A stretch of 64,000 nucleotides of DNA. It comes from a virus. How positions within the stretch are numbered: the first letter of the stretch is position 1; each line of letters begins with the position of its first letter. The stretch covers positions 28,495 through 92,494 of IMG/VR virus record IMGVR_UViG_3300042892_002240; one strand, given 5' to 3'. Positions 19,511 through 29,478 of this stretch are shown piece after piece. A program made the position numbers and the translations under genes. Under the pieces are notes generated by a model. That model was not told where the DNA came from, did no database searches, and saw only the letters and a list, made by a program, of their open reading frames with translations.

Positions 19511-19904
19511 TTGGTGGTCACGTAAACTTACAGGTAACGCTCCAGCAGCCCCTGCTCGTACTTTTAACACCCCAGTTTCTACACCACCAATTGGTATACG
19601 GCAAAACACCATGGCTGTTACCCCCTTGCATAGTCAAGATGTTGCCCAGCAACAAGTGCTTGATGAAGGCCGATCTGCAACAGATCAAATTGGCATGAGT
19701 GACGCAATCCGTTTATGGAAAGGCGGAGAAGCTCACAGACGTGACGGTAACTCTAGTTGCCCGTCATGCGGTAGTGGTCTAGTTTTTTCTAGAACAGGTA
19801 GAAGTGGTACAACAGTTAATGGTAACGCCCCAGCACCACGATGTTTTTCATGTGGGTGGAATGGTATGTACGAACAGGCAGACCAAATTTCTTGGTCAGC
19901 ATAA
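19503..19904 (+). CDS. Hypothetical zinc-ribbon protein
   Basis: CPSCG...CFSCG. Confidence 0.65.
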   Translation: MSDWWSRKLTGNAPAAPARTFNTPVSTPPIGIRQNTMAVTPLHSQDVAQQQVLDEGRSATDQIGMSDAIRLWKGGEAHRRDGNSSCPSCGSGLVFSRTGRSGTTVNGNAPAPRCFSCGWNGMYEQADQISWSA

Positions 19905-19917
19905 CGAGGAGAACAAA

Positions 19918-20934
19918 TTGAAAACCGAAGAGCATGAGACGCTTGCGTCTATTATTGCATCCATTAACAAGAAGTACGGCGAAGACATTGTTGTACAAGG
20001 TAACCGTGTAAAAGAAGAACTTCCCCGCATTACAACTGGCATCCTTGCCTATGACTTAATGCTTGGTGGTGGCTGGCCTATGAATCAGTGGTCTGAAATC
20101 ATTGGGGATGAATCATCCGGTAAGACTGCAATTGCTTATAAAACTATTGCAGCCAATCAAGCGTTAGACCCTGAGTGGATTGCTATGTGGGTTGCAGCAG
20201 AAGAGTTTGTGCCTGAGTACGCCGCAGCAATTGGTGTTGACTTAGAACGTTTGTGGGTTGTTGAAACAAACATTATGGAACACGCTTATGATCTGATTAT
20301 TCGGACCATGCAGAACCGTGCCGTTGACTGTATTGTCCTAGACTCGCTTCCGGCACTTGTACCTAGTGATGAAAACGAAAAAACAATGGCAGAGTTCCAA
20401 ATGGGGCTTGGTGCACGACTTACTGGTAAGTTCTTCCGTAAGTCATCCAAAGCACAGAAACGTTCTATGGTTAATGAAGACCGTGGTTGTACTGGCTTGA
20501 TCATTAACCAATGGCGTGAAAAGATTGGCGTCATGTACGGTGACCCCCGCACTACACCAGGCGGTAAAGCCAAGAACTTCCATTACTTCTGTCGCGTTGA
20601 AGTAAAACGGGATGAATGGATTAAAGAAAAAGACGAGTCAGTAGGCCAAACTATTCGTGGGCGTACCATGAAGAACAAGACTTACAAGCCACAACAAGTA
20701 GCACAGGTAGATTTTTACTTTACTGACTCAAATGGTTTCTCCCTTGGGGAGTTTGACACCATTAAAGACATTGTAAACATTTGTATTGCTACAGAAATTG
20801 TTACTCGTGGTGGTGCTTACTACAACTACGATGGCCAGAAATGGCAAGGTAAGGATGCTTTGTTGCAAGCCGTAAGAGAAGACCTAGAGTTGCAAGCAGT
20901 ACTCAAACAGAAAGCTACAGAGAAGTTTCTATGA
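19918..20934 (+). CDS. recA: RecA recombinase
   Basis: GDESSGKT, IVLDSLPAL and IINQWREKIGVMYGDPRTTPGGKA motifs; gaggag RBS before a TTG start. Confidence 0.95.
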   Translation: MKTEEHETLASIIASINKKYGEDIVVQGNRVKEELPRITTGILAYDLMLGGGWPMNQWSEIIGDESSGKTAIAYKTIAANQALDPEWIAMWVAAEEFVPEYAAAIGVDLERLWVVETNIMEHAYDLIIRTMQNRAVDCIVLDSLPALVPSDENEKTMAEFQMGLGARLTGKFFRKSSKAQKRSMVNEDRGCTGLIINQWREKIGVMYGDPRTTPGGKAKNFHYFCRVEVKRDEWIKEKDESVGQTIRGRTMKNKTYKPQQVAQVDFYFTDSNGFSLGEFDTIKDIVNICIATEIVTRGGAYYNYDGQKWQGKDALLQAVREDLELQAVLKQKATEKFL

Positions 20935-21269
20935 TTCTTGGTCGTGAAGACCCCAAAGATAAACAACGACAAATAATGAAAGCTTCTAAAAAGCAGGAAT
21001 TACGTTCTGCTAAGGCTTACAATGGAAGTCGTAACGCAGGATCAGGTTCTGGGTGGATGCGTAAAAATGACGTGCGCACCCATGACATGCTTATAGAAAA
21101 CAAATTGACATACAATGAAAAGTCTTACTCAATTAAGTCCAAGGAACTACAGGAGTTAACGCAACGTGCTGTACTTGAAGATCGTCTTCCTGTGCTTCAG
21201 TTCGACCTTGGCGGGCGTAATTACGTCATTCTTAATGAAGCAGACTTCCAAATGATTATTGGAGAATAA
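20931..21269 (+). CDS. Holliday junction resolvase-like PD-(D/E)xK nuclease
   Basis: QE...GSGSG...KNDV...LIENK pattern. Confidence 0.7.
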   Translation: MILGREDPKDKQRQIMKASKKQELRSAKAYNGSRNAGSGSGWMRKNDVRTHDMLIENKLTYNEKSYSIKSKELQELTQRAVLEDRLPVLQFDLGGRNYVILNEADFQMIIGE

Positions 21270-21451
21270 TGGACAAATACGATTATTATTGCGCAGGAAT
21301 GCTAGATGGCACTAATGATTTTAAAAAATCTGATGTTGACTGGCAAACTATTGCTAAAAATTTGTACAAAATTATTCAACAAGGAACAAAAATGCCTGTA
21401 CATTTAGGGATTCAATACATTGACGACTACTTGGAGGCAACACGTGACTGA
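21269..21451 (+). CDS. Hypothetical protein
   Basis: 60-aa ORF with RBS, overlapping its neighbours. Confidence 0.55.
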   Translation: MDKYDYYCAGMLDGTNDFKKSDVDWQTIAKNLYKIIQQGTKMPVHLGIQYIDDYLEATRD

Positions 21452-22313
21452 TACACCATGGAACATGCAAGACTATAAAACTATGATGCGTGCAAAAGGT
21501 CGGTTGCTTCCTATTGTAGAACAAGTAGCTGCTAGAGAAGCAGCATCAAAAAACTCACATAGAGATACCAAGCATCTCCATCCAAGTGAGCTATCTAAAA
21601 AAGATTGGTGTGCTCGGGCCGCTGTATACAAGATTACTGATGTTCCAGGATCAGACGAATCAGTTGCTTTTGGTCGTCTAAACATTTTTGCTGAAGGGAA
21701 CTCTATTCATGCTAAATGGCAGACGTGGTTATGGAAAGCAGGAATCCTCTCGGGGGTATGGAATTGCAAAGCGTGTGGCGTTGTTTGGGTTGGTGTCTCC
21801 CCTACTGCTTGTGTTAGTTGTAAGTCTGATCGGATTAAGTACGGCGAGGTTCCTCTATCTAATGATGAACACCGGATACTCGGGCACGCGGATGGAGAGA
21901 TATGCGATAAAGACGGCGCAGCACTCATCGAGATCAAGAGCGTAGGTATTGGTACAGTTCGGTTTGAAAAACCCTCTTTGTTTATGGACTACAGCAAGGG
22001 TGAACTTACAATTGACAAAGTATGGAAAGAAATCAAAACACCATTTGCTTCCCATATTCGCCAAGGCAACATCTACATGTACTGCACTGGCATTGACACC
22101 ATGGTTTTTATCTATGAGTGGAAGCCCACGCAAGAGGTAAAAGAGTTTGTAGTTAAATACAACCCTGACATTATGGAACCCATCCTAGAAAATTGCAAAA
22201 CAGTAATTGAGCATCTTGATAATGAGACAACTCCAGATCGCCCATCTTGGGCAACAGTTAGTTCTTGTTCAGGATGCAAGTTTTGCCCGTACAAGAAAGT
22301 GTGTTGGAAATGA
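21444..22313 (+). CDS. Cas4-like / RecB-family exonuclease
   Basis: HPSE...WC, GHADG, IEIKS, QGNIY and C-terminal CKFCPYKKVC. Confidence 0.85.
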   Translation: MTDTPWNMQDYKTMMRAKGRLLPIVEQVAAREAASKNSHRDTKHLHPSELSKKDWCARAAVYKITDVPGSDESVAFGRLNIFAEGNSIHAKWQTWLWKAGILSGVWNCKACGVVWVGVSPTACVSCKSDRIKYGEVPLSNDEHRILGHADGEICDKDGAALIEIKSVGIGTVRFEKPSLFMDYSKGELTIDKVWKEIKTPFASHIRQGNIYMYCTGIDTMVFIYEWKPTQEVKEFVVKYNPDIMEPILENCKTVIEHLDNETTPDRPSWATVSSCSGCKFCPYKKVCWK

Positions 22314-22813
22314 CCCGAATCATATCTAGCGTTCCTACGGAGGAGAACCCAGCAATTGTTAGGTTTAATTCCAAGTTTGTACTCCCTAGTCGTCCTGGGG
22401 AATCCGCACCCTCTATTCCCCGCAATCTTGATGATATGAGCGACCGGGAGCTAATGGAACTGTACTCTCAGTTCATGGCTTGGGTTTCCTACAGCAAAGC
22501 GGAGCTTGTAAAAGCAGAAATTGAAGAAGAATCTGGCATTCATAAAAGCCGAGTAATTGAAGCTACTGCGTTGATTGACCAATGGGGTATTAGCGCCAAA
22601 GGGGACTTAGTAACCCTGGCCAAAGCACGACGAGACATTGACCCCAAGGTTGTTGCACAGCAAGAAAAAAACCAAATCTCAAAGGCTTACCGAAAGCTAG
22701 TAGAGACTATGTTTGAATCCTGCGAACGTGGAGCACAATTGCTTTCACGAGAGCTAAGTCGTAGAATTGGTTTAAACGGTAAAGAACAACGTACATCACG
22801 GTTTGGAGCATAA
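22310..22813 (+). CDS. Hypothetical helical protein, possibly a recombination mediator
   Basis: Coiled-coil ORF among recombination genes. Confidence 0.5.
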   Translation: MTRIISSVPTEENPAIVRFNSKFVLPSRPGESAPSIPRNLDDMSDRELMELYSQFMAWVSYSKAELVKAEIEEESGIHKSRVIEATALIDQWGISAKGDLVTLAKARRDIDPKVVAQQEKNQISKAYRKLVETMFESCERGAQLLSRELSRRIGLNGKEQRTSRFGA

Positions 22814-22977
22814 AATGACAACATGGCATGAAGTTGGCGCTAAAAACGCTCAAATAGAAAACGAACGCAGGCGTCAAGACGCTAACGCTCGTGCGTCAAT
22901 TGGCCCTATTAGTGATGTAAACCAGACTCTTAAAGAAATTAAAGCATTATTAATTGAAATCCGAGAAGCCATTAAAA

Positions 22978-23340
22978 ATGGCGAATAAAGCAAAACAAAA
23001 GGGAACTTCCTTTGAAACCCTAATTCGTCAATACCTAAACGACAATGGTTTCCCGGTAGCACACCGAACCGTCCTTAAAGGCGGGGGGGACACTGGGGAC
23101 ATCAATGGCATTAGGAATAAAGCAAATCGTCAAGTTGCTGTACAATGTAAAAACCAAAAGGCGTTTGCCCTTAGCCAATGGTTAAACGCCACTATTGAGC
23201 AAGCAGACAATTTAGGTGGTGCAGTTCCCGCTTTGGTTGTTAAACGCCCAGGTAAGGGTGAAAAAGCCGTGGGTGATTCCTACGCTGTGCTTAGGTTATC
23301 TGATTTGGTTCAATTACTTAATGAGGCTGGTTACTTCTAA
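22978..23340 (+). CDS. Holliday junction resolvase (Hjc-like)
   Basis: KQKGTSFE...GDTGDI...VAVQCKN. Confidence 0.8.
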   Translation: MANKAKQKGTSFETLIRQYLNDNGFPVAHRTVLKGGGDTGDINGIRNKANRQVAVQCKNQKAFALSQWLNATIEQADNLGGAVPALVVKRPGKGEKAVGDSYAVLRLSDLVQLLNEAGYF

Positions 23341-23399
23341 ACTTATGTACCACAGTGCATGTTGCATTACCCGTACATAAAGTAAATGGAGACACCCCC

Positions 23400-23684
23400 A
23401 TGTCAGACGAAGAACAAATTGAAGACATCGTAAAAGTATCCGGCACAAGTAACCCACAAAGCGTTGGGTCTATTGTTGCCCGCTCGGTTGTAGCAGGACA
23501 GTCACCCAAGATTCGCGCAATTGGCGCAAGTGCTGTAAACCAAGCTTCTAAAGCTTGTGCTATTGCTAGAGGGTTTGTTGCACCAAGAGGCATTGACCTC
23601 TTGTTTGTAATCGGCTTTGATGACATTAAAGGTGATAACGGAGAAACAATCTCAGCTATTACATTCAGACCAGTCGCCCGATAG
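23400..23684 (+). CDS. spoVS: SpoVS family (Alba-like) protein
   Basis: VKVSGTSNPQSVGSIVA...IRAIGASAVNQASKACAIARGFVAPRGIDL matches the SpoVS consensus. Confidence 0.9.
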   Translation: MSDEEQIEDIVKVSGTSNPQSVGSIVARSVVAGQSPKIRAIGASAVNQASKACAIARGFVAPRGIDLLFVIGFDDIKGDNGETISAITFRPVAR

Positions 23685-23741
23685 TACTTCTTTAAAAGTG
23701 GTAATATTTGATAGAGCTGCTACAACTATGCGAGGTTTCTA

Positions 23742-26700
23742 ATGGCAAAAAAGACCCCTAAAGTTATCAAATCTGGTAACAACAGAGAAAACACTAAAAA
23801 CCCAACACCGGCTGCGGAAAAGTCAGAACCCAAAGCAAAAAGAACTAAGACGCAAGCTAAAGCAGATCGTCAATTAAAAATTCAAATTGATGCTGAAGCT
23901 CGTGACTTAATATACGACGATCCAAGCTTAAGCATGGAAGAAGCTCGCTCAGAAATTATTGCTCGTCGTTACAAGCTTGACGAAAAAGTTGCTAATGAAG
24001 ATGACACTGCCGAAGCCCGAGAAGTTGCGGTAGACCCAACAGACATCACTAGTGCGGACACCGGTGAAGCTCGCATTGCTGACACCACTGAATTTTCGGA
24101 CCTTGAAAACACAGGGGAAAACGTTCAAACAGAGACTTTTGACCCTACAACCATCCGTGGTTACACCCCAGAAGAGGGTGCACCATTAGGTGGTCCTGAT
24201 AAAGAAACATACGCATATTTATCCCCTGAAGAGCGTGTTGCTAAATTAGCTGATCAAAGACTTGCAGCTGGCGCTGAAGGCGGTCTTGACGATCAAACAA
24301 CTTTGCCTGCAGACTTGCGTAGTACAACACCTCGTCCAGGGAGAACTCCTCGTCGTTCAATCTTTTCAAGAAGAGGACAAGTTGCTCAAAGTTACGTAGA
24401 CACTCTTGATGTTTCTGACGAAGCTGCGCAAGGAAAAATGGATTCAAACAGGCGTGGTGCAGCCTTTGCTGTAGGCGGTACGCCACTTGCAGAAGGGGAA
24501 CTTGGCCCCCGTTTAACGTCCCCAATTTATAATGACACTGACCCCCGCAGATCAGCGACTACACGTACTCCAGAAGAAATTGTTATGGACAGAAAGCCAG
24601 GAACCCCAGGACGCAGCCTTGGTGGCGGGTTAATCCTAGGTCGTCGTTTTAGAGGTAGAAAAGGATACAACCAAACCCCAGGTGTCGTTGAAGTTAACGA
24701 AGATAACGCAACAAGGGCTCTAATTGGCAACGTTGATTTAGCCATTCAAAACGCAATGAGTAGTGTTGGTGCACGCCCAGCAGGACCAAGAAGTTCTGGG
24801 GCAGACCTTACCGTTGAACAAGCTCGTACCTCTCCAGAACTTAGAGGAGCTTTGCAACAAGGAAGCATGCAAGGTGTGCTTTCTACTCAAACAGGCGACG
24901 ACGTAACTCAAATGGTTGGCTCGTTCACAACCCGAGATAGCTCCGCCCGTACTTCAGGAACAATGCCTGCAGAGGAAGCAGATGCTGCGTCACGCGAAAC
25001 AACTCGTGTAGTTCCTAAAATTGACGCAAGTGGCAATGAAATGAAAGATCCTCGCAATGCTGATGTAACTTTGACAGAGCTTGCCAATCCTCGTGTTGCC
25101 CCACGCCCAGCAGCATTTCCTGAAGAAGGATTCGCAATCCCTTCAATTTTTGGTAGCCAGCAATTTCGAATGACTGCTGAATACTTACAGGCACGCAATG
25201 ACGCAGAAACAGCCGCACGCGCAAGAGCCACTAGCGGTAGGGTTAAAGACGCAGATTTTGCTGCTTCTCCTGTAGGGCAAGAAGCCGCAGCACGTGCAGA
25301 GGCCAACGAACCATTGCCTCACACCATGGTTCCAAACCCAGCGTTCACTCCTGTTGATGAACAAGGTATGCCTTATGAAGAAGGCCCAGAAGCTGACGCT
25401 GAACGAATTGGTATGGCAGAAGCAATGGCTAGAGGACGTCGCTCTACCGGTCGTTCATTCCGCGTTAGAAAAACCGGCCGTACCGGTGAATCTAGAAACA
25501 GAGACTTTGTTAGCACCCGTACTCCAGGACAAGATGAGTACTACCCTACAAAACCAGAGTACAAAAAAGTAATTAGAGTTGCACCAGGTTCCGCAACAAG
25601 ACAATACGCTAAAGATGAAAACGGAAAAACAATCCTTGACGAAAGAGGAAAGCCAGTACCGTTGCGCGATGCTGAGGGCAAACCGGTTGTTTCTGCACAG
25701 GAAACAAAAACTGTGGATGAACCTACTGGCAGAAGAGTAGCTGATTACGGCCCAGAAACTGCTGTTGGCCCAGATATTGTTAGAGAAGCTACCGCTGCAT
25801 TGCGTGAATCAAACGGTGGCATGACAGAAGAGCAGGCACTTGAAGGTGCTACTTTGTTTACAGCAGCTGAAGATGAAGCTCAAAAATCTAGGGAATCAGA
25901 AATGGTTCATCAAGGCCAAACTGCTGGGATTTCTGATCATGGTGAAGTTTCCACAACCACTGGTTCTGGTAAAAACCCTCTTCCAAAAGATGTTACGGCA
26001 CGTAAAGCCCTTATCCCAGCAACTGTTGGTGGAACTGTTCAAGCTGACATTATTGACCCGGAAAAAAAGGTTACTAAAAAGGTATTAGATCCAACTACTG
26101 GAAAAATGGTTAACCAAGAGGTATCTCAGTTGGTTGAGCATGTTACTGCTGGTGTTGCTGACCCAGAAAAAAAAGCACGTATTGCTGAAGGTTTGTTAGT
26201 TAAAACAACCGACACTCAATTTACTGCTCCAAAAGAAGACGAGTTTGGTGTAGAAATTGAAGAAGAAGCAGAAACAAACCCACTTGATACTGGTGTAGAC
26301 AAAACGCCTGCAAGAGGGTACTCCCCAACAATGCGCCCTCACCCACTCACTGGAACCCCAGCACCAGAGTTTAAAGACACTGGTCGTCCAAGAAGAGATA
26401 AAGTTCAACATGAAGCAGCTTTAGCAGAGTGGTCAAAGTACAACACAGTTGATAAGTCCCCAGAAGCTATTCAACAAGCAAGAGACCTACAACAAGCAAG
26501 CCGTATTGCTGAACGTGATCAAAGACTTGCAGATTCGGGCAATAGTCCAGAAGCCTTGCAAAGAAGCAACGATGCAAAAGCTGCAGATATTGCAGCCGGC
26601 ATTGCAGCAAGTACCCCAGAAGCTATAGCAGCCAACGCAGAAGCTGCTAAAGCAGACGCAGCCAAACGCAAAGAACAGAGTGATGCTACTGCACGACGCC

Positions 26701-27890
26701 AAAGAGAAAACCCTCCTTTGGAAGCCTCGGCTCCACCAGGAACTCCTTCTAAAGAAGAGCTTGCAGTTGCAGAGAAATCAGGCAGATCAGTAGAAGAGGT
26801 TATGGCTGCCCCCGCAGCAATTGCCGCAAAGACTGCAGCAGAAGCAAAAGAAAGAAAAGCCAATGACCCGTATGACGAAGCAAACACGCCAACCCTTGCA
26901 ATTGGCGGCGGTAGCAGGATACGCAACGCTGTTTACCCACAAACATTACCTTCAGGAGCAGCACACCCTTCTGCTGGTCAGATAGTCCGTACTCGTAATG
27001 GCGCTGTTGTTGAACACGACGTGGCTACACACACCCCACGTTTTGATGAAAACGGGAACTTTAGCCACCTTGAGAGCACCCTTCCTGCGTACGAACAAAA
27101 GGTTGAACCAATCACTTTGTCAAGAGTTTCTCCTGAGGATAGGTTCCGTATTGAGACGGCTAACAAGTTATTGGCAAAAGAAGGAAAGCCTGCAATTGTT
27201 GCTACAAGCGCAAACCGTGGCGTTCTTGAACCTGGCGTAGAAGACCATGGCACTACTTTTGGAGCAATTCCAGGTATTGTTCCGCCTTCACCAACTGTCA
27301 CTAGGCCGGTTAGCACTAGCGTTCCTGGAGCAGGTGTTTCACAGCGCATTGTTAGAGATGCCAGCGGTGAAATTGACAGAGCAGCATCAAGCGGAACTGT
27401 TACATCTATGGATGTTACTGTTGCCAACCCACGTTGGCACCTTGGAAGCCAGGTTAGAGTTGGTCAGCCAGCGGTAACAACTAGAGGAGTCTCTTCCCCT
27501 AATGCACCTATTACTAATCAACGTCAAGAAGCACTTGCTCAACTACGTAGACGTCCTGGCCAACCATTGGAAGGTCAGCCAATGCCTCGTAGAGCGCAAG
27601 AAGGTATTATTGTGCAACCGTCTGGGTACATCCACCCAGCGTTAACCAGGGATGCTGTTGCTAGAGGCGCCAACTCAGGTACTACAGAATCACGACCTGC
27701 ATTCTTGGTTGAAAACCCTGCCACCCAGGGCCCAGGCACTTATGTATCTCCGGATGCAACTGCACAACCAATTAATGCAAATTCACGACGGGTTGCAGAA
27801 CGACGATTTGGTCCTGCAATGGACCGCACTGCAGAGGAAGAACAAGCCCGCATAACTAGCGCAATGGGTGGCGGACAGTTTAATAAGTGA
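23742..27890 (+). CDS. Very large low-complexity protein (1382 aa), probably disordered
   Basis: Long ORF rich in A/P/T/R/E/G; no domain recognised. Confidence 0.75.
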   Translation: MAKKTPKVIKSGNNRENTKNPTPAAEKSEPKAKRTKTQAKADRQLKIQIDAEARDLIYDDPSLSMEEARSEIIARRYKLDEKVANEDDTAEAREVAVDPTDITSADTGEARIADTTEFSDLENTGENVQTETFDPTTIRGYTPEEGAPLGGPDKETYAYLSPEERVAKLADQRLAAGAEGGLDDQTTLPADLRSTTPRPGRTPRRSIFSRRGQVAQSYVDTLDVSDEAAQGKMDSNRRGAAFAVGGTPLAEGELGPRLTSPIYNDTDPRRSATTRTPEEIVMDRKPGTPGRSLGGGLILGRRFRGRKGYNQTPGVVEVNEDNATRALIGNVDLAIQNAMSSVGARPAGPRSSGADLTVEQARTSPELRGALQQGSMQGVLSTQTGDDVTQMVGSFTTRDSSARTSGTMPAEEADAASRETTRVVPKIDASGNEMKDPRNADVTLTELANPRVAPRPAAFPEEGFAIPSIFGSQQFRMTAEYLQARNDAETAARARATSGRVKDADFAASPVGQEAAARAEANEPLPHTMVPNPAFTPVDEQGMPYEEGPEADAERIGMAEAMARGRRSTGRSFRVRKTGRTGESRNRDFVSTRTPGQDEYYPTKPEYKKVIRVAPGSATRQYAKDENGKTILDERGKPVPLRDAEGKPVVSAQETKTVDEPTGRRVADYGPETAVGPDIVREATAALRESNGGMTEEQALEGATLFTAAEDEAQKSRESEMVHQGQTAGISDHGEVSTTTGSGKNPLPKDVTARKALIPATVGGTVQADIIDPEKKVTKKVLDPTTGKMVNQEVSQLVEHVTAGVADPEKKARIAEGLLVKTTDTQFTAPKEDEFGVEIEEEAETNPLDTGVDKTPARGYSPTMRPHPLTGTPAPEFKDTGRPRRDKVQHEAALAEWSKYNTVDKSPEAIQQARDLQQASRIAERDQRLADSGNSPEALQRSNDAKAADIAAGIAASTPEAIAANAEAAKADAAKRKEQSDATARRQRENPPLEASAPPGTPSKEELAVAEKSGRSVEEVMAAPAAIAAKTAAEAKERKANDPYDEANTPTLAIGGGSRIRNAVYPQTLPSGAAHPSAGQIVRTRNGAVVEHDVATHTPRFDENGNFSHLESTLPAYEQKVEPITLSRVSPEDRFRIETANKLLAKEGKPAIVATSANRGVLEPGVEDHGTTFGAIPGIVPPSPTVTRPVSTSVPGAGVSQRIVRDASGEIDRAASSGTVTSMDVTVANPRWHLGSQVRVGQPAVTTRGVSSPNAPITNQRQEALAQLRRRPGQPLEGQPMPRRAQEGIIVQPSGYIHPALTRDAVARGANSGTTESRPAFLVENPATQGPGTYVSPDATAQPINANSRRVAERRFGPAMDRTAEEEQARITSAMGGGQFNK

Positions 27891-27902
27891 TAACCTGACC
27901 AT

Positions 27903-28193
27903 ATGACATCACTATTTGCAGCAAACGGATTACTAGAAACAACTGAAGGCAAGACTTCAACACTTCTAACAGGTGGTGGGGAATGGTCTCCAGAAGAGAT
28001 TAAAGCAATGACACCACGTCTGGCTACCCAAGCAGAGTACAACTTTAGAGCAAAGCAAGAAGCGGATAAGAAAATTAAACAAGCTGAAGAAAACGCCTAC
28101 AACATGGAATTAATGAAAAACTACAAAAACAACGTAAAGACATTCCGAATTTACGACCCGATCACAAAGACGTATTCTCCGCCTAATAAGTAA
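27903..28193 (+). CDS. Hypothetical protein
   Basis: 96-aa ORF colinear with the operon. Confidence 0.55.
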   Translation: MTSLFAANGLLETTEGKTSTLLTGGGEWSPEEIKAMTPRLATQAEYNFRAKQEADKKIKQAEENAYNMELMKNYKNNVKTFRIYDPITKTYSPPNK

Positions 28194-28197
28194 CTAT

Positions 28198-28362
28198 ATG
28201 TCACCAAAGAAGAACCAAAATGATTGGCGCACCCTAGCCAACAACCAAGATTACGCTGATCAATTTGATGACTGGTACACAGAAGAAGCAATTCGGGATA
28301 CCAAAAACAAGCGTCGTGAAAAGGATCGACATGCCAGCAAAGAAGATAACTTCTATTATTAA
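28198..28362 (+). CDS. Hypothetical 54-aa protein
   Basis: Read manually: MSPKKNQNDWRTLANNQDYADQFDDWYTEE...; fills the gap directly after the previous stop. Confidence 0.5.
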   Translation: MSPKKNQNDWRTLANNQDYADQFDDWYTEEAIRDTKNKRREKDRHASKEDNFYY

Positions 28363-28466
28363 AAGGAATGAAGAAGCCCGCAGGCAAGCGGCGCCTAGAC
28401 CCATTTCTATGGTTGGCGCTGGTAGCCAAGGTGGGATGTTAACGGGCATGGGAACTGGTGGAGATC

Positions 28467-28979
28467 GTGGCTAGTCAGCAAGCTGCCAATCAACAAACAT
28501 TTACAAACTGGGGCAGCAGTTACGACCCCTACTCCAATGACGCTCAGACGGCAGCACTTGGACCAACCCCTACCTTTCGTAACCCTAAAGACGCTCGTTT
28601 AGCCGCCTGGGGCTCTTCCCCAGACACACAGTATCCAGATGGGTACCTTGGCACCTTATCGGCCAACAGGCGCCAGGATAAGGTTACAAACGCCATTCAA
28701 CGCAATAACGCTCGCCCATACACCAGAGGCGTCCACAAAGGTGAGCGTATTAACCCCGGTGACTACGTTTGGCCCGATGAATTCAACCCCATGACTGGCT
28801 TGTTACTGCAATCACAAGGTAAGAAGTTTGCTCCAACTGGGGCTGTAAACGCTCACCTTACTAACGGTGGTAAGGCTGGGCCTAAAGGCGTACCGGGAAG
28901 CTTGAATCGCCCCAAGCAAGAAGTAATCAACCTCCAGAGGCAGTCAATGCTCAAATCATTAGCTCCGTCCTGGAAGTGA
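28467..28979 (+). CDS. Hypothetical protein
   Basis: YPDGYLGT...YTRGVHKGERI..DYVWP segment looks like a conserved core. Confidence 0.65.
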   Translation: MASQQAANQQTFTNWGSSYDPYSNDAQTAALGPTPTFRNPKDARLAAWGSSPDTQYPDGYLGTLSANRRQDKVTNAIQRNNARPYTRGVHKGERINPGDYVWPDEFNPMTGLLLQSQGKKFAPTGAVNAHLTNGGKAGPKGVPGSLNRPKQEVINLQRQSMLKSLAPSWK

Positions 28980-29027
28980 CATTAAATAACCTGATAGAAT
29001 TATCACAACTTAACAAAGGACTTTATT

Positions 29028-29468
29028 ATGGCATTTAACCTTCCAGGCATTTTAGGACGCAATAACCAAGCACGACAAGATCGCCTTAATGAAGTTCATA
29101 ACGATACACTCCGTCGAGCAAAAAGTGATGTTGACAATGCAATATTTAGTCGGGAACAAGCACTTAACAGTAAAGACGCATCTCCTGACAGTTTTTCTCG
29201 TAGATCAAACAATTCAAAAGCAAAAACTGAGGTTTCACTTGCGGGTACTGCACAAGATTCTTTGTATGGACATAAACTTAACGCTGTTAAAACAGCTAAA
29301 GAGCATGTTTCTAACTTAAAAGAAAAAAGTTTATTAGGCAAAGGTGAAGACCGCCGCAAACTGGGTGAGGTTAGTTCTGCTAAAAAAGATGCTAAAGCAT
29401 TGGCTGCAGACGCTGAAAGTTTTAACCCTATGAAGAAAAAAATATACAACCCGCTAGCTGAGTTATAA
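29028..29468 (+). CDS. Basic hypothetical protein (paralog 1)
   Basis: Begins MAFNLPGILGRNNQARQ. Confidence 0.7.
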   Translation: MAFNLPGILGRNNQARQDRLNEVHNDTLRRAKSDVDNAIFSREQALNSKDASPDSFSRRSNNSKAKTEVSLAGTAQDSLYGHKLNAVKTAKEHVSNLKEKSLLGKGEDRRKLGEVSSAKKDAKALAADAESFNPMKKKIYNPLAEL

Positions 29469-29478
29469 AGGAGCCATC

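Noticed and set aside
11678-20934. Inteins or introns in DnaB, PolA or RecA
   Set aside because: Lengths are normal and motifs are contiguous; the PolA exonuclease insertion has no intein terminal residues.
21444-22313. CRISPR-Cas system suggested by the Cas4-like gene
   Set aside because: No cas1/cas2 and no repeat-spacer array in the window; solo Cas4-like nucleases are common in phage recombination modules.
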